Shown: positions 9,890 through 20,484 of the stretch, one piece after another | Position numbering within the stretch: position 1 is the first letter of the stretch | Layout: the number at the start of each line of letters is the position of its first letter | Sequence record: OZ035790.1 | DNA: 64,000 bases | Strand: one strand, 5' to 3' | Origin: Felixounavirus LF110P4 | Made by a program: the position numbers and the translations under genes | The notes under the pieces: model-generated | The model's input: only the letters and a program-made list of their open reading frames with translations | Told to the model about the DNA's origin: nothing | Database searches by the model: none

Positions 9890-12615
9890 TGCACCTCATA
9901 CCAGCTCTTACCAACCTTACCTGTGCCAGTTACAAGTGTCTCACTCTTCAAACCTAAATTCTTAGATGCCTGACCATACATCCAGTCAGTTATGGCTTTA
10001 ACTTCTTGAGTCATACTTTCTGGGCATTCCCAACTGTTTTCATCGTGGTATGCCAGCAAAAGCCTAGCACCAATTGCTGGTTTTCGTCCATTTAATTTTG
10101 TCAGTCCTTCTTCACATGCTCTTCTACAAGCAAGGTTAATTGCCTCATTTTGAATCTGAGCCTCCGAACCCATAAGCAAATAATTCAATAACTTATGTGG
10201 AGATTTGCACCACAACCAAGCTCCAGCAACTTTTACAAAGCCCCCTTTAGAGATTGCAGCAGTCTTACCAAACACCTCTTCAAGTGCCTTTTTAGTTGCT
10301 TTGTAGTCAGCTTCCAAATCATCCAGCAACTTCTTAATTTTAGGCAAACGGATAAAGTAAGTCTGCTTAGTCAGTGCACCTTCCTGAGTAGTTGCAGCTT
10401 TAATCGTCTTAGCAAACTTCTCATCACCTGCACCGAACAGCAGTGCATAGATACCGTTCTTAGCTTTCTTACGACCTTTGCTAATCTCATGAAGAAGGTT
10501 CTCATCCTGAGTAGCTCGACAAGTCAAGATGTCCTGCTCATCGTTCAAGCTAAAGTAAATACTGTTCAGTGTATGTGCATCAGTCCCTGAATAGACAACG
10601 TACAGGTCATTCTCAGAGTCATAGCGAAGGTACTTATCAATCTCTGGGTTGAGGTACTCATCAAAGTGTTTGCAGTAATAGCGTCTATCTTCTTGACGAA
10701 TAAACTCAATCTCTTCTTTACCTTGCGTTACCGCTTTGGTGAAGTCTTTGTCACCCATAAAGTTACAAAGGAGGACTAGCTGGGCTGAGTTCATGTCTAC
10801 AGAGACAACGTTAGTACCTTCTTCACAAATCCACACTGCCCTCATTGGTTCCCCATAGACAGCAGCACCAGACGGTACGTTTACAATACCGTACTGTGTC
10901 ATACGTCCAGTTGAAGTACCAAACACCATTGCACCAGCACTAAGGCGACCATCTGGACGAATCTGGTTCAACCAACCTTTTTCATCATCCTTTGAGTTCT
11001 CAATAGTTCTGCGTCGGTGCATCAAAGTGTAGTATTTAGCAATCTTCTGTCCAAGCTCACCTTCAATCGTATCGTAAGATGATTCAGTAAGTTTTGGTGA
11101 AGTACGGATTAAGCAAGGCTCAAGCAAATCTGTGTACTTCTTCACAGACCAGTTATGCTCAATGTACTGGACGCCTTCGTGTTCAACATAACTCAAACCA
11201 CACCGCTCAACCATTTCCTGCCACTTAGGATGCTTTGTAATCATCTTTTTATTGTCTTTGAAACGACAAACTTTGACAGGGCGACCATCAGAGTCTTTCT
11301 TGTAGTTCCAGTCATCTGGAATCCAACCAACTGATTTCAAGTAGTCTTTAACAACTGCTACCTGAGTCATACGAGAAACTTCAAACTCAATTGGTGTATA
11401 TGGTGCATCAATCAAACCTGTGTAGCGACTTGACTCAAGTTCAAAGTGGTTAACAACGTGGCTGTTATAGTACTTCACAGTTTTGACTGTTTTTACTGGC
11501 TTCCAGTCTTTGCATTTCTTACCAATCTTTGCGTTCAACTCATTGCAAATTGCACGAGCATCCTTCATTGCTACAAAGCCTTCCTTGTACTCTTCACCAG
11601 TTACAGTGTTGGTTGGTGTATAGCAATTCCTTTTTTCAATGTTAAAAATCTTTGTAGTTGGCTTACCAAATGGTTTGATTTCGTATGTCTGCATCTCGCC
11701 ATTACGTACCTGCTGACGATACTTTGTCTTAGGGTACTTGGTAATTCTTTTCAGTCCATCTGCATGACCAAATGTTTCAACATACTCATTCCAAGCTTTT
11801 GCAAACTCTTCTCCAGTGACTTTACCTTTGGTCTTAATAGTTGGAGGTAGATGCGGTTCAACTTCTGAAGCAAGTTCATTAGTCAACTTGTCAAGTTCCT
11901 TTACATGGAACTCCATAAGCTCTTTATCAGCTTTCCAACCATTGATAGCCTGTTGACTCATCCAGAAAGATGTTTCTTTAGCTCGCATGTAAGTTTCATA
12001 AGTGTCTATACCACACTTCTTAAGCTTGAGATACTCGTTATCAAGTGCCCGTTTAGTTTTGGCGTTAATACGGATATCTTCTACAACACGAGTGAAGATT
12101 TCTGCATTCCACACACCCCAATGCTCAATCTCTGGCTTACGAACACCAACACGAGCACCCCATGCAGCCAAACCATGAGCACCTTTATAACCCTTTGGAG
12201 TTGGTCTATCCATCCACTGAACACGAGACTGGATAAGAGAATCCTGAAAGTAATTACTCCACGGTTTACACTTTGGGTTATCAAAGTTCCATAAATCAGG
12301 TGCAATGTGATTAAAAACCCACCAGTCATAACCGAGACCGTTATGGATGCAAAGACGTTTTGCCTTTAACGCAAATTCAACACCTTCACGTAAACCACCC
12401 TTAATGTACTTGGTATACTTGTGACCGAGGATAGGTTCATCTGTAAAGACCCATACAGGTGGCTCTTCATCGTCAGATTTATAGTCTGCGAAAGCCATTA
12501 CGTGCACTTTAGTGAACTCAAGGAGTAAACCATCAGTTTCTGTATCACCAACTAAATGTAAGTTTTTAAAATCTACGTTTTCCATTTTTACTCCCTCTAA
12601 AATCATTAACCTCAT
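9886..12615 (-). CDS. DNA polymerase, family A (T7-like) with 3'-5' exonuclease domain
   Basis: 909 aa; exo I motif VGDTETDG, exo II HNGLGYD, C-terminal polymerase domain. Confidence 0.85.
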   Translation of the reverse strand: MRLMILEGVKMENVDFKNLHLVGDTETDGLLLEFTKVHVMAFADYKSDDEEPPVWVFTDEPILGHKYTKYIKGGLREGVEFALKAKRLCIHNGLGYDWWVFNHIAPDLWNFDNPKCKPWSNYFQDSLIQSRVQWMDRPTPKGYKGAHGLAAWGARVGVRKPEIEHWGVWNAEIFTRVVEDIRINAKTKRALDNEYLKLKKCGIDTYETYMRAKETSFWMSQQAINGWKADKELMEFHVKELDKLTNELASEVEPHLPPTIKTKGKVTGEEFAKAWNEYVETFGHADGLKRITKYPKTKYRQQVRNGEMQTYEIKPFGKPTTKIFNIEKRNCYTPTNTVTGEEYKEGFVAMKDARAICNELNAKIGKKCKDWKPVKTVKTVKYYNSHVVNHFELESSRYTGLIDAPYTPIEFEVSRMTQVAVVKDYLKSVGWIPDDWNYKKDSDGRPVKVCRFKDNKKMITKHPKWQEMVERCGLSYVEHEGVQYIEHNWSVKKYTDLLEPCLIRTSPKLTESSYDTIEGELGQKIAKYYTLMHRRRTIENSKDDEKGWLNQIRPDGRLSAGAMVFGTSTGRMTQYGIVNVPSGAAVYGEPMRAVWICEEGTNVVSVDMNSAQLVLLCNFMGDKDFTKAVTQGKEEIEFIRQEDRRYYCKHFDEYLNPEIDKYLRYDSENDLYVVYSGTDAHTLNSIYFSLNDEQDILTCRATQDENLLHEISKGRKKAKNGIYALLFGAGDEKFAKTIKAATTQEGALTKQTYFIRLPKIKKLLDDLEADYKATKKALEEVFGKTAAISKGGFVKVAGAWLWCKSPHKLLNYLLMGSEAQIQNEAINLACRRACEEGLTKLNGRKPAIGARLLLAYHDENSWECPESMTQEVKAITDWMYGQASKNLGLKSETLVTGTGKVGKSWYEVH

Positions 12616-12842
12616 ACATTACTGCAAAAAATTATAAAAAGCAAGTTGACAATGCACTTGACAAGGTGTTAATCTTTGCGAAGTGGGTTTTTACTTAAAA
12701 GGTTACTTAACAGTTTAACTATACAGATACTTTAAAACTCTTAAAAGATTATTTAATAGCTTTTAAAAAGCTTTAAAGTATAACGTATAGAATACGTTAA
12801 GATAAAAGATTAAAACTTAATAGTTACTTAAAAGAGGCTTAC

Positions 12843-13265
12843 ATGCAGAAAATGTTTGTTCACCCAGACATAGCTGACTTTGTTAGAGCTTTGCAGAAGT
12901 TGGAAGAACTTGACATTGCTGCTCAACGGGAATATGCTCACCATCACAGGAGAATGGTTGATATACAACATGAAATAGAGTTGTCTGAAAACTATGAAGA
13001 TGACTTAAAATGCTCTGTATTTGAGCATATGAAAGATGTTGCTACAGCAAGACGTAAAGCTAAAGACACAGTTGCTTTACTAGATTCTCTTAAAAAGAGG
13101 TTGCAAAGTGGTACAGACCTGTGTAATCTAGCGTCACTGATTAACGATGTTGAAACTTCTTGGGATAGGCACTATTATCCACGTTCTGAAAAGACACTTG
13201 ACTTTTCTTCATCAGAAAACTTAAAATGTTCTAGAAAGAAACTTAACCAACTGAGAGAGAAATAA
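12843..13265 (+). CDS. hypothetical protein
   Basis: 140 aa, first gene of plus-strand block. Confidence 0.45.
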   Translation: MQKMFVHPDIADFVRALQKLEELDIAAQREYAHHHRRMVDIQHEIELSENYEDDLKCSVFEHMKDVATARRKAKDTVALLDSLKKRLQSGTDLCNLASLINDVETSWDRHYYPRSEKTLDFSSSENLKCSRKKLNQLREK

Positions 13266-13266
13266 T

Positions 13267-14079
13267 ATGAATATCAATGTGGAACAGATGCTTGAAGAGA
13301 AAGGTGTTGATGAAGCATTCTTAATCAATGCCGTAGAAAGCATGGCTATGATTCTTCGTGGAAATAACTACACAGAACAGTTTATGCCTGCAAGCTACAA
13401 CTTACCTGAAGACAAGTCTGATAGTAGTGCTTTTGCAGAGCAGGTTAATATGATGCTGTGTGACAAAACGCTTGCTTTAGCATCTATCGTTGTAGGTGTC
13501 GATGCTCTTGCAGAGTTCATTTTTTATGAGATGCAGAAAAATGACTATATTGCCATGACATCTGAAGAAAAAGACTCGCTGCTGCTCTTAGATAATGATG
13601 AGCTAGTTGGCCTGTTAATTTCTTCAACGAGTGCTGTTATGGCTGCTCTTGAGAAGCGTATGAATGAGAAGTTGTCACGGTATGAAAAACTTGATTGGGG
13701 CGTAGAAGAATTAAACCCACGAATCAAAGAGATTATCCAGCAAACCAAAGCTTCTTTGGAAGAAGCTGTGAAAGATGATTATGTAGCTGGCATAGAACCA
13801 CTACAGGTGAAAGTTGCATTGATGATGCCAGCTATCTCTACGATGATGAATATCGTTGCATTAATCCAGCTTTCACAGATGATGGGTACAACCATCGAGT
13901 TCATTGAGAGTATGACTGGTGGTGTCAGTATGCAAGCAATCAATGATGTTTTGGTGAGCATTGGAGCTTCAATCATTGAAGAGAAACTGCGCATTAACTT
14001 TGGTGACGATTTTGTGAAGCAAATCGCAGCTATGGCTGAAAAAGAACACTCACAGATTACCACTGAACAACTGCACTGA
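13267..14079 (+). CDS. hypothetical protein
   Basis: 270 aa ORF. Confidence 0.45.
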   Translation: MNINVEQMLEEKGVDEAFLINAVESMAMILRGNNYTEQFMPASYNLPEDKSDSSAFAEQVNMMLCDKTLALASIVVGVDALAEFIFYEMQKNDYIAMTSEEKDSLLLLDNDELVGLLISSTSAVMAALEKRMNEKLSRYEKLDWGVEELNPRIKEIIQQTKASLEEAVKDDYVAGIEPLQVKVALMMPAISTMMNIVALIQLSQMMGTTIEFIESMTGGVSMQAINDVLVSIGASIIEEKLRINFGDDFVKQIAAMAEKEHSQITTEQLH

Positions 14080-14097
14080 GTTTTTATAAATATTACA

Positions 14098-14122
14098 AGC
14101 CTCCTTAGTTGGGGGCTTTTTA
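14098..14122 (+). terminator. putative rho-independent terminator
   Basis: Hairpin AGCCTCC...GGGGGCT followed by TTTTT. Confidence 0.45.
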
Positions 14123-14140
14123 GTAATTAAGGGAGATAGA

Positions 14141-14884
14141 ATGAGTAATATTATCGCATTTACTGGAAAGGCACGCTCTGGAAAAGACACCTCATGTTCT
14201 ATTGTGAAGAACATCTTAGAGGATGAGTACGGCTACAATGTTGCTGTAATGGCCTTTGCAGACAACCTTAAAATGTCTGCATCAAAGATATTTGACCTGA
14301 CTTGGAATGACCTGTATGGTGAAACTAAAGAGACTCCACAGGTATTTGACTTATCATATCCTGAACTGATGTTTAAAGTTACGGAAGCTATGGAGTTCAC
14401 CTTCAGAGATGAACGTTACCATATGGACTTCAAGCTTATGTCAGAGTTAACCGGACGATTAATCATGGAGCTTAAGAAGGTTGCTAAACCGACTCTATTG
14501 ACACGTCTGGGGTTTAGTAAAAAGTATAAATTCTCATCAAGACAAATTCAACAGATTTGGGGTACTGAAGTTGTCCGTAAAGTAATGGGCGACAAGTTCT
14601 GGTCTAAAGACCTTGAAAAAAGAATGGTTAGATTCCATGAAATGTGCTCACTTAGAAATCAATATGGTTTTGTCTTAATCAGTGATTTAAGATTTGACTC
14701 TGAAGCTGAATGGCTGAGTAGATTTGCACACCAAACTATTGAAGTAAAAAGAGACAATGTGGACAAAGTTTCATCACATGTTTCAGAAAATGGGATTTCT
14801 ACAAAATATGAGCGTGACATTATTCATAATAATGGTACTCTTGCAGACCTTGAGAACAAGCTAAGAGCCATCATTAAAGTTTAA
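14141..14884 (+). CDS. P-loop kinase, deoxynucleoside monophosphate kinase-like
   Basis: N-terminal IIAFTGKARSGKDT resembles Walker A of T4 gp1-type dNMP kinases. Confidence 0.5.
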   Translation: MSNIIAFTGKARSGKDTSCSIVKNILEDEYGYNVAVMAFADNLKMSASKIFDLTWNDLYGETKETPQVFDLSYPELMFKVTEAMEFTFRDERYHMDFKLMSELTGRLIMELKKVAKPTLLTRLGFSKKYKFSSRQIQQIWGTEVVRKVMGDKFWSKDLEKRMVRFHEMCSLRNQYGFVLISDLRFDSEAEWLSRFAHQTIEVKRDNVDKVSSHVSENGISTKYERDIIHNNGTLADLENKLRAIIKV

Positions 14885-14892
14885 AAGAGAGA

Positions 14893-15093
14893 ATGAAGAT
14901 GAGAGTAAAAGACAATTTTAAAGTTATTGACCACCGTTTAGTGGAACTCTCATCTCTTTCCAATGAGGTAATGATTGAACGTCTTAAGAGAGTTGAATCA
15001 CGAAGGAAAGAGATTGCAGATGAAATTCATGAACTGGACAAGATTGAAAACGGATTGAAGGCAGAACTACAACGAAGAGGTGCTAATGTCTAA
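14893..15093 (+). CDS. hypothetical protein
   Basis: 66 aa coiled-coil ORF. Confidence 0.35.
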   Translation: MKMRVKDNFKVIDHRLVELSSLSNEVMIERLKRVESRRKEIADEIHELDKIENGLKAELQRRGANV

Positions 15094-17071
15094 AGGTCGT
15101 AAATTGAAAGAGGCTGGTCAGTTTGTTGGTCATTGCGCATGTCCACGTTGTGGTTCATCAGATGCTGGTTCAATCTATCATCATGACGATGATTCTTATT
15201 CAATGACTTGCTTTAGTTGTAACAAAGGTTTCCCAGAGTGGGATTTTGATAAAGGACAAATCGTGAGCACTTATTCTACTGGTTCAGACAATAAAAACCG
15301 TACTTTCCGTGGAATGGATTTAGACGATGTAAAAGAAAACCTTGAAGCAATGGACTTAAAAGACAGGAAGATTCCTGCAAAAGTTCTTGAGCGATTGGGT
15401 ATCAAGGTTGACATTGACAGTGACGGTGAAATTGACGCACATTTCTACCCAACTTACAAACGCAATGAAGATGGCAAGCTAGAGCATGTTGGCTACCGTG
15501 TTCGGCACCGTTACCCAGAAGACCATCCAAAAGAGCACCTACGTGGTAAGTTAAAAGACTTTTCTGGTGGTGTTGGAGACATTAAAGGTGAGCTGGCAAT
15601 GTTCGGTTCATGGATTGCTCCAGAAGGTGGTAACCGTCTATTCATCTGGGAAGGTGAGATGGAATGTGCGACAGCAATCTATATGACTTCTCTTGCGATT
15701 AAAGACAAGTCTCGTCGTAAGAATTACTGTCACGTATCTGTTCCATCAGGTGCAAACATCAAGTCTATCAAAGATAACTATCAGTACATTACATCATTTG
15801 ATGAAATTTACTTGTGCTTTGATAACGATGAAGCAGGTGCTAAAGCCACTAAAGAGGCTGCTGGTATCCTACCTATTGAGAAGGTTCGTTTATTCCAGTA
15901 TCCAGAAGGTGTAAAAGACCTTAACGAATGGTGGACAAAGTTCTATAAAGAGAAAGACACAGTTCTGGAAGGATTTAAGCAGCGTATCTACAATGCACCT
16001 CGTTACTGTCCTGCTGGTATCAAGAACTTTGCAGACGGTTTTGAGGCAATGAAGAATCGTGGTCAGATTCCATTGATTCCTTTCCCAGAATCTTTCGGGG
16101 ATTTGAACAGACTGACTTATGGTGGTTACGGTTTAGGCGAGATTACGACTATTGCAGCACCATCTTCAGTAGGTAAGTCAGCTTACACTCGTGAGATGAT
16201 TTATTCAGCTTGGAAAGAGACTGAATACAACATCGGTGTAATTCCGGTAGAGGATACCTATGAAGAGTTGATGGAGATGCTCTGTGCAATCCACCTGAGC
16301 AAGCAGATTTCTGAGATTCCTTATGATGAACGAGATTGGGATGAATTAAAGGGAGCACACGCCGAGCTTTCAAAAGGTCGTCGCATTCATATCGTTGACC
16401 ATCAAGGGGCAATTGACCAAGATAACCTGCTGGAGTTTGTTGACTATCTTGTTAATAGTTTAGACTGTAAGATTATCATTCTTGACCCTATTACGTTGGC
16501 TCTGTCACGTTCTGATACGGATGAAGAAGAAGTCTTGTCTGAGTTATTGCGTCGTTGCAAACGCTACCAGTATGCGCAGGTAAACGTATGTCACGTTCGT
16601 AAGAGTGCAGGTGGTCAGAAAGCTAACTCTGAAGGTGGGGATATCTCTGAAGAGGATATCAAGGGTTCTGGTGCGTATTTCCAGATTTCCATGAATAATA
16701 TTTTGTTAATGCGTAACAAGGTTGACCCAGACCCTGTTAAGAAAAACTTGACAAAAATCAAGTTAACTAAGTGTCGTCGTCATGGTAAGTCAACAGGTAT
16801 TGCTGGTCATACTTGGTACAATCCAGATACAGGTCGTCTTATCAAAGCTTCTGGATGTGGTGTTGACATTGATGGTGCAGCAGAAAATATTCGTCAACAG
16901 TTTGGTATTGGCGAAGCTGAAGACCATTATGATGACTCTTTGCCACATTATGAGGATGAAGTGTTTGACCGTGAGACTGGTGAAGTCTATACTGAAGAGC
17001 AGCGTCAAAGCTCAACGATTCCACCTGTATTAAGTGAGGATGCAGATGACTGCCCGTTCGAAACTGAGTGA
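15080..17071 (+). CDS. DNA primase/helicase (T7 gp4-like)
   Basis: N-terminal Cys4 zinc motif (CACPRCGSSD ... CFSCNKG), TOPRIM-like region, Walker A APSSVGKS in C-terminal DnaB-like helicase domain. Confidence 0.8.
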   Translation: MLMSKGRKLKEAGQFVGHCACPRCGSSDAGSIYHHDDDSYSMTCFSCNKGFPEWDFDKGQIVSTYSTGSDNKNRTFRGMDLDDVKENLEAMDLKDRKIPAKVLERLGIKVDIDSDGEIDAHFYPTYKRNEDGKLEHVGYRVRHRYPEDHPKEHLRGKLKDFSGGVGDIKGELAMFGSWIAPEGGNRLFIWEGEMECATAIYMTSLAIKDKSRRKNYCHVSVPSGANIKSIKDNYQYITSFDEIYLCFDNDEAGAKATKEAAGILPIEKVRLFQYPEGVKDLNEWWTKFYKEKDTVLEGFKQRIYNAPRYCPAGIKNFADGFEAMKNRGQIPLIPFPESFGDLNRLTYGGYGLGEITTIAAPSSVGKSAYTREMIYSAWKETEYNIGVIPVEDTYEELMEMLCAIHLSKQISEIPYDERDWDELKGAHAELSKGRRIHIVDHQGAIDQDNLLEFVDYLVNSLDCKIIILDPITLALSRSDTDEEEVLSELLRRCKRYQYAQVNVCHVRKSAGGQKANSEGGDISEEDIKGSGAYFQISMNNILLMRNKVDPDPVKKNLTKIKLTKCRRHGKSTGIAGHTWYNPDTGRLIKASGCGVDIDGAAENIRQQFGIGEAEDHYDDSLPHYEDEVFDRETGEVYTEEQRQSSTIPPVLSEDADDCPFETE

Positions 17072-17327
17072 TAGTTATAAAAGAGAGGGGTTCACACCCT
17101 TCTTTGAAGAAAAAAGTTTAAATAAATTTCAGGAAGAGTGTTTGACAAAGATTGATAGGTTCTATAGAATGCTCTACATGAAATGTGATGGAGGTGTTGA
17201 GGTAGAAGAAAAGTTCCATCACAGCATAATCACAGTCACTATTACTACACCTAAACATAATATTGGTTGGCTGTTTGTAATAAAAGAAAATGTGTTTGAA
17301 TATCAAGTATATCGGAGAATATCATGA
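17034..17327 (+). CDS. hypothetical protein
   Basis: 97 aa ORF overlapping primase-helicase 3' end. Confidence 0.3.
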   Translation: MRMQMTARSKLSDSYKREGFTPFFEEKSLNKFQEECLTKIDRFYRMLYMKCDGGVEVEEKFHHSIITVTITTPKHNIGWLFVIKENVFEYQVYRRIS

Positions 17328-17480
17328 AACACTCTAAAGCATTTGAAAAAGTTTTTGGGGATTCCTTAAAAGCCACTGCTGGAAAACCAGCAAAATACTA
17401 TGAAGAAAAACGTGTAAGAACTGGAAAAACTGCACGTAAAGCAGCTTCTAAAGATAAGCACAACTTCCAGTAATTAGTGT

Positions 17481-17509
17481 TTGACAATAGAGTATCAACA
17501 AACTAGAAT
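17481..17509 (+). promoter_or_regulatory. sigma70-like promoter (TTGACA-17-TAGAAT)
   Basis: Hexamers with 17 bp spacer upstream of ORF 17546. Confidence 0.5.
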
Positions 17510-17545
17510 TGGTACTCTTCATAAATTGAGATAGAGGTTTAAATA

Positions 17546-18403
17546 ATGTCTAAAGTTGTTAAAATGAAAGCTCCGGTAGAGAAGTACAACGGTACTGAAC
17601 GCCAAACTCTGCGTTACCTGCTGAAAGATGTCTGGTTTTATTACCTGAACACTTCACCACGTCCGGGAAAAGGTAAATCCATTGATAAGAAATTCCCAGG
17701 AAAAGACTGTAACTACAGCGTATCAATTCTGGCAGAAGACGGTAACAAGCTCTTTAAAGAGTTTACTAAGTCTAAGAAGAACCCAGAAGGTTGGGATAAA
17801 GTTACTACTGAAGCAGTTGATGCAGATGACTTCGAAGAGAAGTTTGGTTGCAAACCACCATTTGAAGCAGACACTTACTACATCTTGAAAGTAAGTCGTG
17901 CAGCAGCTTATAAAGATGGTGCTGTGTGGACAGCTAAACAGTCATTCCCTGTAATGCTGATTGAAGAAGTAAATGGTAAACGTGTAGCTGTTAAACAGCC
18001 GATGAAGAAAATCAAAGCTCAAGCATCCGATAAACATGAAGATGACAAGAACTATGATGTAATTCATCCAGATATTGCAGTTGGTAACGGTTCTTTTGGT
18101 AGTGTGATTCTTTCTACTCACTTCTACACTTTTGAGAACAATGTTCTGACAAAACCTATTCAGGAACAGTTTATCATTGATACTCTTGTCCCTTACACTG
18201 GTGGTAATGGTGCTAACGGTGAACCTGAACTGGATGAAGATGAACTGGCTATGCTTGGTCTTGATGGTGTTGAAGATAACGGTGAAATCACTGAAGAAGA
18301 CGCAAAAGACCACAAACCTTCGAACGATTCTGATGATGGTGATGATGAAGATTTGCCAGACCCAGATGACGAAGAAGATGAAGACTTCGATACAGAAGAC
18401 TAA
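17546..18403 (+). CDS. putative single-stranded DNA-binding protein
   Basis: 285 aa with strongly acidic C-terminal tail (DDGDDEDLPDPDDEEDEDFDTED) as in T7 gp2.5-type SSBs; sits in the replication module. Confidence 0.4.
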   Translation: MSKVVKMKAPVEKYNGTERQTLRYLLKDVWFYYLNTSPRPGKGKSIDKKFPGKDCNYSVSILAEDGNKLFKEFTKSKKNPEGWDKVTTEAVDADDFEEKFGCKPPFEADTYYILKVSRAAAYKDGAVWTAKQSFPVMLIEEVNGKRVAVKQPMKKIKAQASDKHEDDKNYDVIHPDIAVGNGSFGSVILSTHFYTFENNVLTKPIQEQFIIDTLVPYTGGNGANGEPELDEDELAMLGLDGVEDNGEITEEDAKDHKPSNDSDDGDDEDLPDPDDEEDEDFDTED

Positions 18404-18420
18404 TCTCTAAAAGTTACTTT

Positions 18421-18450
18421 AAAGCCCTGTACTTAGTATGGGGCTTTTTC
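18421..18450 (+). terminator. rho-independent terminator
   Basis: Hairpin AGCCCT...GGGGCT followed by TTTTT. Confidence 0.5.
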
Positions 18451-18465
18451 ATATGGAGAGTCACA

Positions 18466-19512
18466 ATGGAGAAGTACACATTAAAAAAACTTCCCGATTC
18501 AGTTACACATGTCTTTATTGACTCTGACAGTATTGCCTATAAAGGTGCTTGTGTAGTTGAGAAAGCAAAATATAAATATGTCAATAAACTCACAGCAGAA
18601 GAATCTGAATCATTTGATAATGCAAAAGATGCTGCAAGATGGTTAGCAGACCAGAGAATCCTTGTAGAAGAGCTTGGCCTAGCATTTGATGAAGATGAAT
18701 GGGAAAGACAGACTTGGAAAGAAGCTAAGAGTGAAAAAGAAGCTATCATGGCTACTCAGCAGGTTCTTCAGGAATGGCTTAAGGTTGTTGGTAAAGAAAG
18801 AACTTGGGTAGGTTATTTAACAGAGAAAGGTGTGCATAAACATAAAGACATTAAAGGTCTTGAGCACCAATATCAAGGGAACCGTAAAGATGCTGTCACA
18901 CCAACACACTTAGTTGCTTGTCGTGAATACCTTCTGTCAAGACCAGAGTTCAAATTGATTCTTGATGGATTTGAAGCTGACTCTATCGTTATTGCTAAAG
19001 CTGAAAAGATGGGTAAAAAGGCTGCCTTAATGAGTATTGATAAAGACCTTCGCCAAGCTGAAGGGACTTACTGCATTGATATGACCTATGAAAAGTCGCC
19101 TTTGATTTTCATTGCTGATAACAACGTAGGTGAAATTTGGGATTGCCCAATAAAATCGACACCAAAAGCTAAGAAGACAGTTGGGGTAGGTTTTAAATTT
19201 CTTTGCTATCAAGCCGTGGCTGGTGATAATGCGGATAATTATTTTGGCTTAAAGGGTGTTGGCAAGGTTACTATAATGAAAGCCCTTGAAGGCAAAACCA
19301 CCTACAAAGAGTGTCTTGATGCAATTTATGAGCTTTATGCTAAGAAAGAGTCATACACTTATATCTCGTGGGATGGTCAAACAATTACCAGAACACCTTT
19401 AGAGTTAATGCAGCAACACTTTTTCTTAGCTTATCAGGAAAGAAACAAGAAAGATGATTTCACTTTTGATAAGTATGGATGGACACCAAATGTTAACCCA
19501 ACAAACTCTTAA
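18466..19512 (+). CDS. 5'-3' exonuclease / flap endonuclease (FEN family)
   Basis: Acidic metal-binding residues (FIDSDS, GFEADS) and helix-3-turn-helix region AGDNADNYFGLKGVGKVT. Confidence 0.55.
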   Translation: MEKYTLKKLPDSVTHVFIDSDSIAYKGACVVEKAKYKYVNKLTAEESESFDNAKDAARWLADQRILVEELGLAFDEDEWERQTWKEAKSEKEAIMATQQVLQEWLKVVGKERTWVGYLTEKGVHKHKDIKGLEHQYQGNRKDAVTPTHLVACREYLLSRPEFKLILDGFEADSIVIAKAEKMGKKAALMSIDKDLRQAEGTYCIDMTYEKSPLIFIADNNVGEIWDCPIKSTPKAKKTVGVGFKFLCYQAVAGDNADNYFGLKGVGKVTIMKALEGKTTYKECLDAIYELYAKKESYTYISWDGQTITRTPLELMQQHFFLAYQERNKKDDFTFDKYGWTPNVNPTNS

Positions 19513-19981
19513 AGAATACCTACACTATGACCCCGAAACAGGGGTCTTTACTTGGATTAAGAAGTCTGCTAGACACACAAAAATTGGCTCTGTTGCAGGT
19601 ACAAACTTAAGAGGGTACACCAGAATTTATTTGTTTGGTAAGGGTTATTATGCACATACTCTAGCTGTTCTGTATATGGATGGATACCTACCTGAGTGTG
19701 TTGACCATAAAAATCATGTAACACTAGACAATCGATGGGTAAATCTTAGGGCATGTACATTATCAGAGAACCAATGCAATAGGTTGCTCAATAAGAACAA
19801 TAAATCAGGTGTTAAAGGTGTGTACTACAAAAAACAGTATGGTAAGTGGTCTACACAGATAACTTTTAAGAAGAAAGTTTACTTCTTCGGAAACTATGAC
19901 ACTATTGATGAAGCAGCAGAGGTTGTAAATAGGGAACGCCAACGTTTACACAAAGAGTTTGCTAATAAAGGTGATGAATGA
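19490..19981 (+). CDS. HNH homing endonuclease (HNH plus AP2-like)
   Basis: YDPETGVFTW motif, HNH core CVDHKNHVTLDN, C-terminal HKEFA; start set at internal Met. Confidence 0.7.
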   Translation: MLTQQTLKEYLHYDPETGVFTWIKKSARHTKIGSVAGTNLRGYTRIYLFGKGYYAHTLAVLYMDGYLPECVDHKNHVTLDNRWVNLRACTLSENQCNRLLNKNNKSGVKGVYYKKQYGKWSTQITFKKKVYFFGNYDTIDEAAEVVNRERQRLHKEFANKGDE

Positions 19982-20478
19982 GAAAAATAAAAGGTTTTGG
20001 CAATTGCCCTGAATATGGACATTGGGTTTCACTATGTGGTGAAGTTGACCCAGCAAAGCACTTTGGTTTTGTCTACCTAGTATACTGCAAAAAGACCGGA
20101 CAGTACTATTTGGGTAAGAAACAGCTTAACAGTGTGACCAAAAGAAAAGTTGCTGGGAAGACTCGGAAGAAGGTAGTCACTAAGGAGAGTGATTGGATGA
20201 CTTATGAGACTTCTTCTGAGTATATTAAAAAAGATATTGAGAGCTTTGGAAAAGAATTTTTTGACTTTTACATTATCCAAACCTACTACACAAAAGGTGG
20301 CCTAGTCTATGGTGAAGCAAACCTTCAACATAAATTCGATGTAATGACAAAAAGGATTGACTCTAAGCTCAGACTCTTCTACAATGCCAACATTGCAGCA
20401 ATTAAGTTTATCACTAAAGAAACTTATGAAGATGCTGAAAAAAGAATCCATAAGGTAATGAAAGCGAATTGTGCTTGA
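19978..20478 (+). CDS. possible GIY-YIG family endonuclease
   Basis: N-terminal GFVYLVYCKKTGQYYLGKK resembles the GIY-(10 aa)-YIG motif. Confidence 0.35.
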   Translation: MRKIKGFGNCPEYGHWVSLCGEVDPAKHFGFVYLVYCKKTGQYYLGKKQLNSVTKRKVAGKTRKKVVTKESDWMTYETSSEYIKKDIESFGKEFFDFYIIQTYYTKGGLVYGEANLQHKFDVMTKRIDSKLRLFYNANIAAIKFITKETYEDAEKRIHKVMKANCA

Positions 20479-20484
20479 TAACTA

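Noticed and set aside
10195-12329. Several ORFs (10195-10590, 11446-11850, 11905-12294, 12081-12329) inside the DNA polymerase gene
   Set aside because: Antisense or alternate-frame ORFs within a gene that has conserved polymerase motifs; no independent signals.
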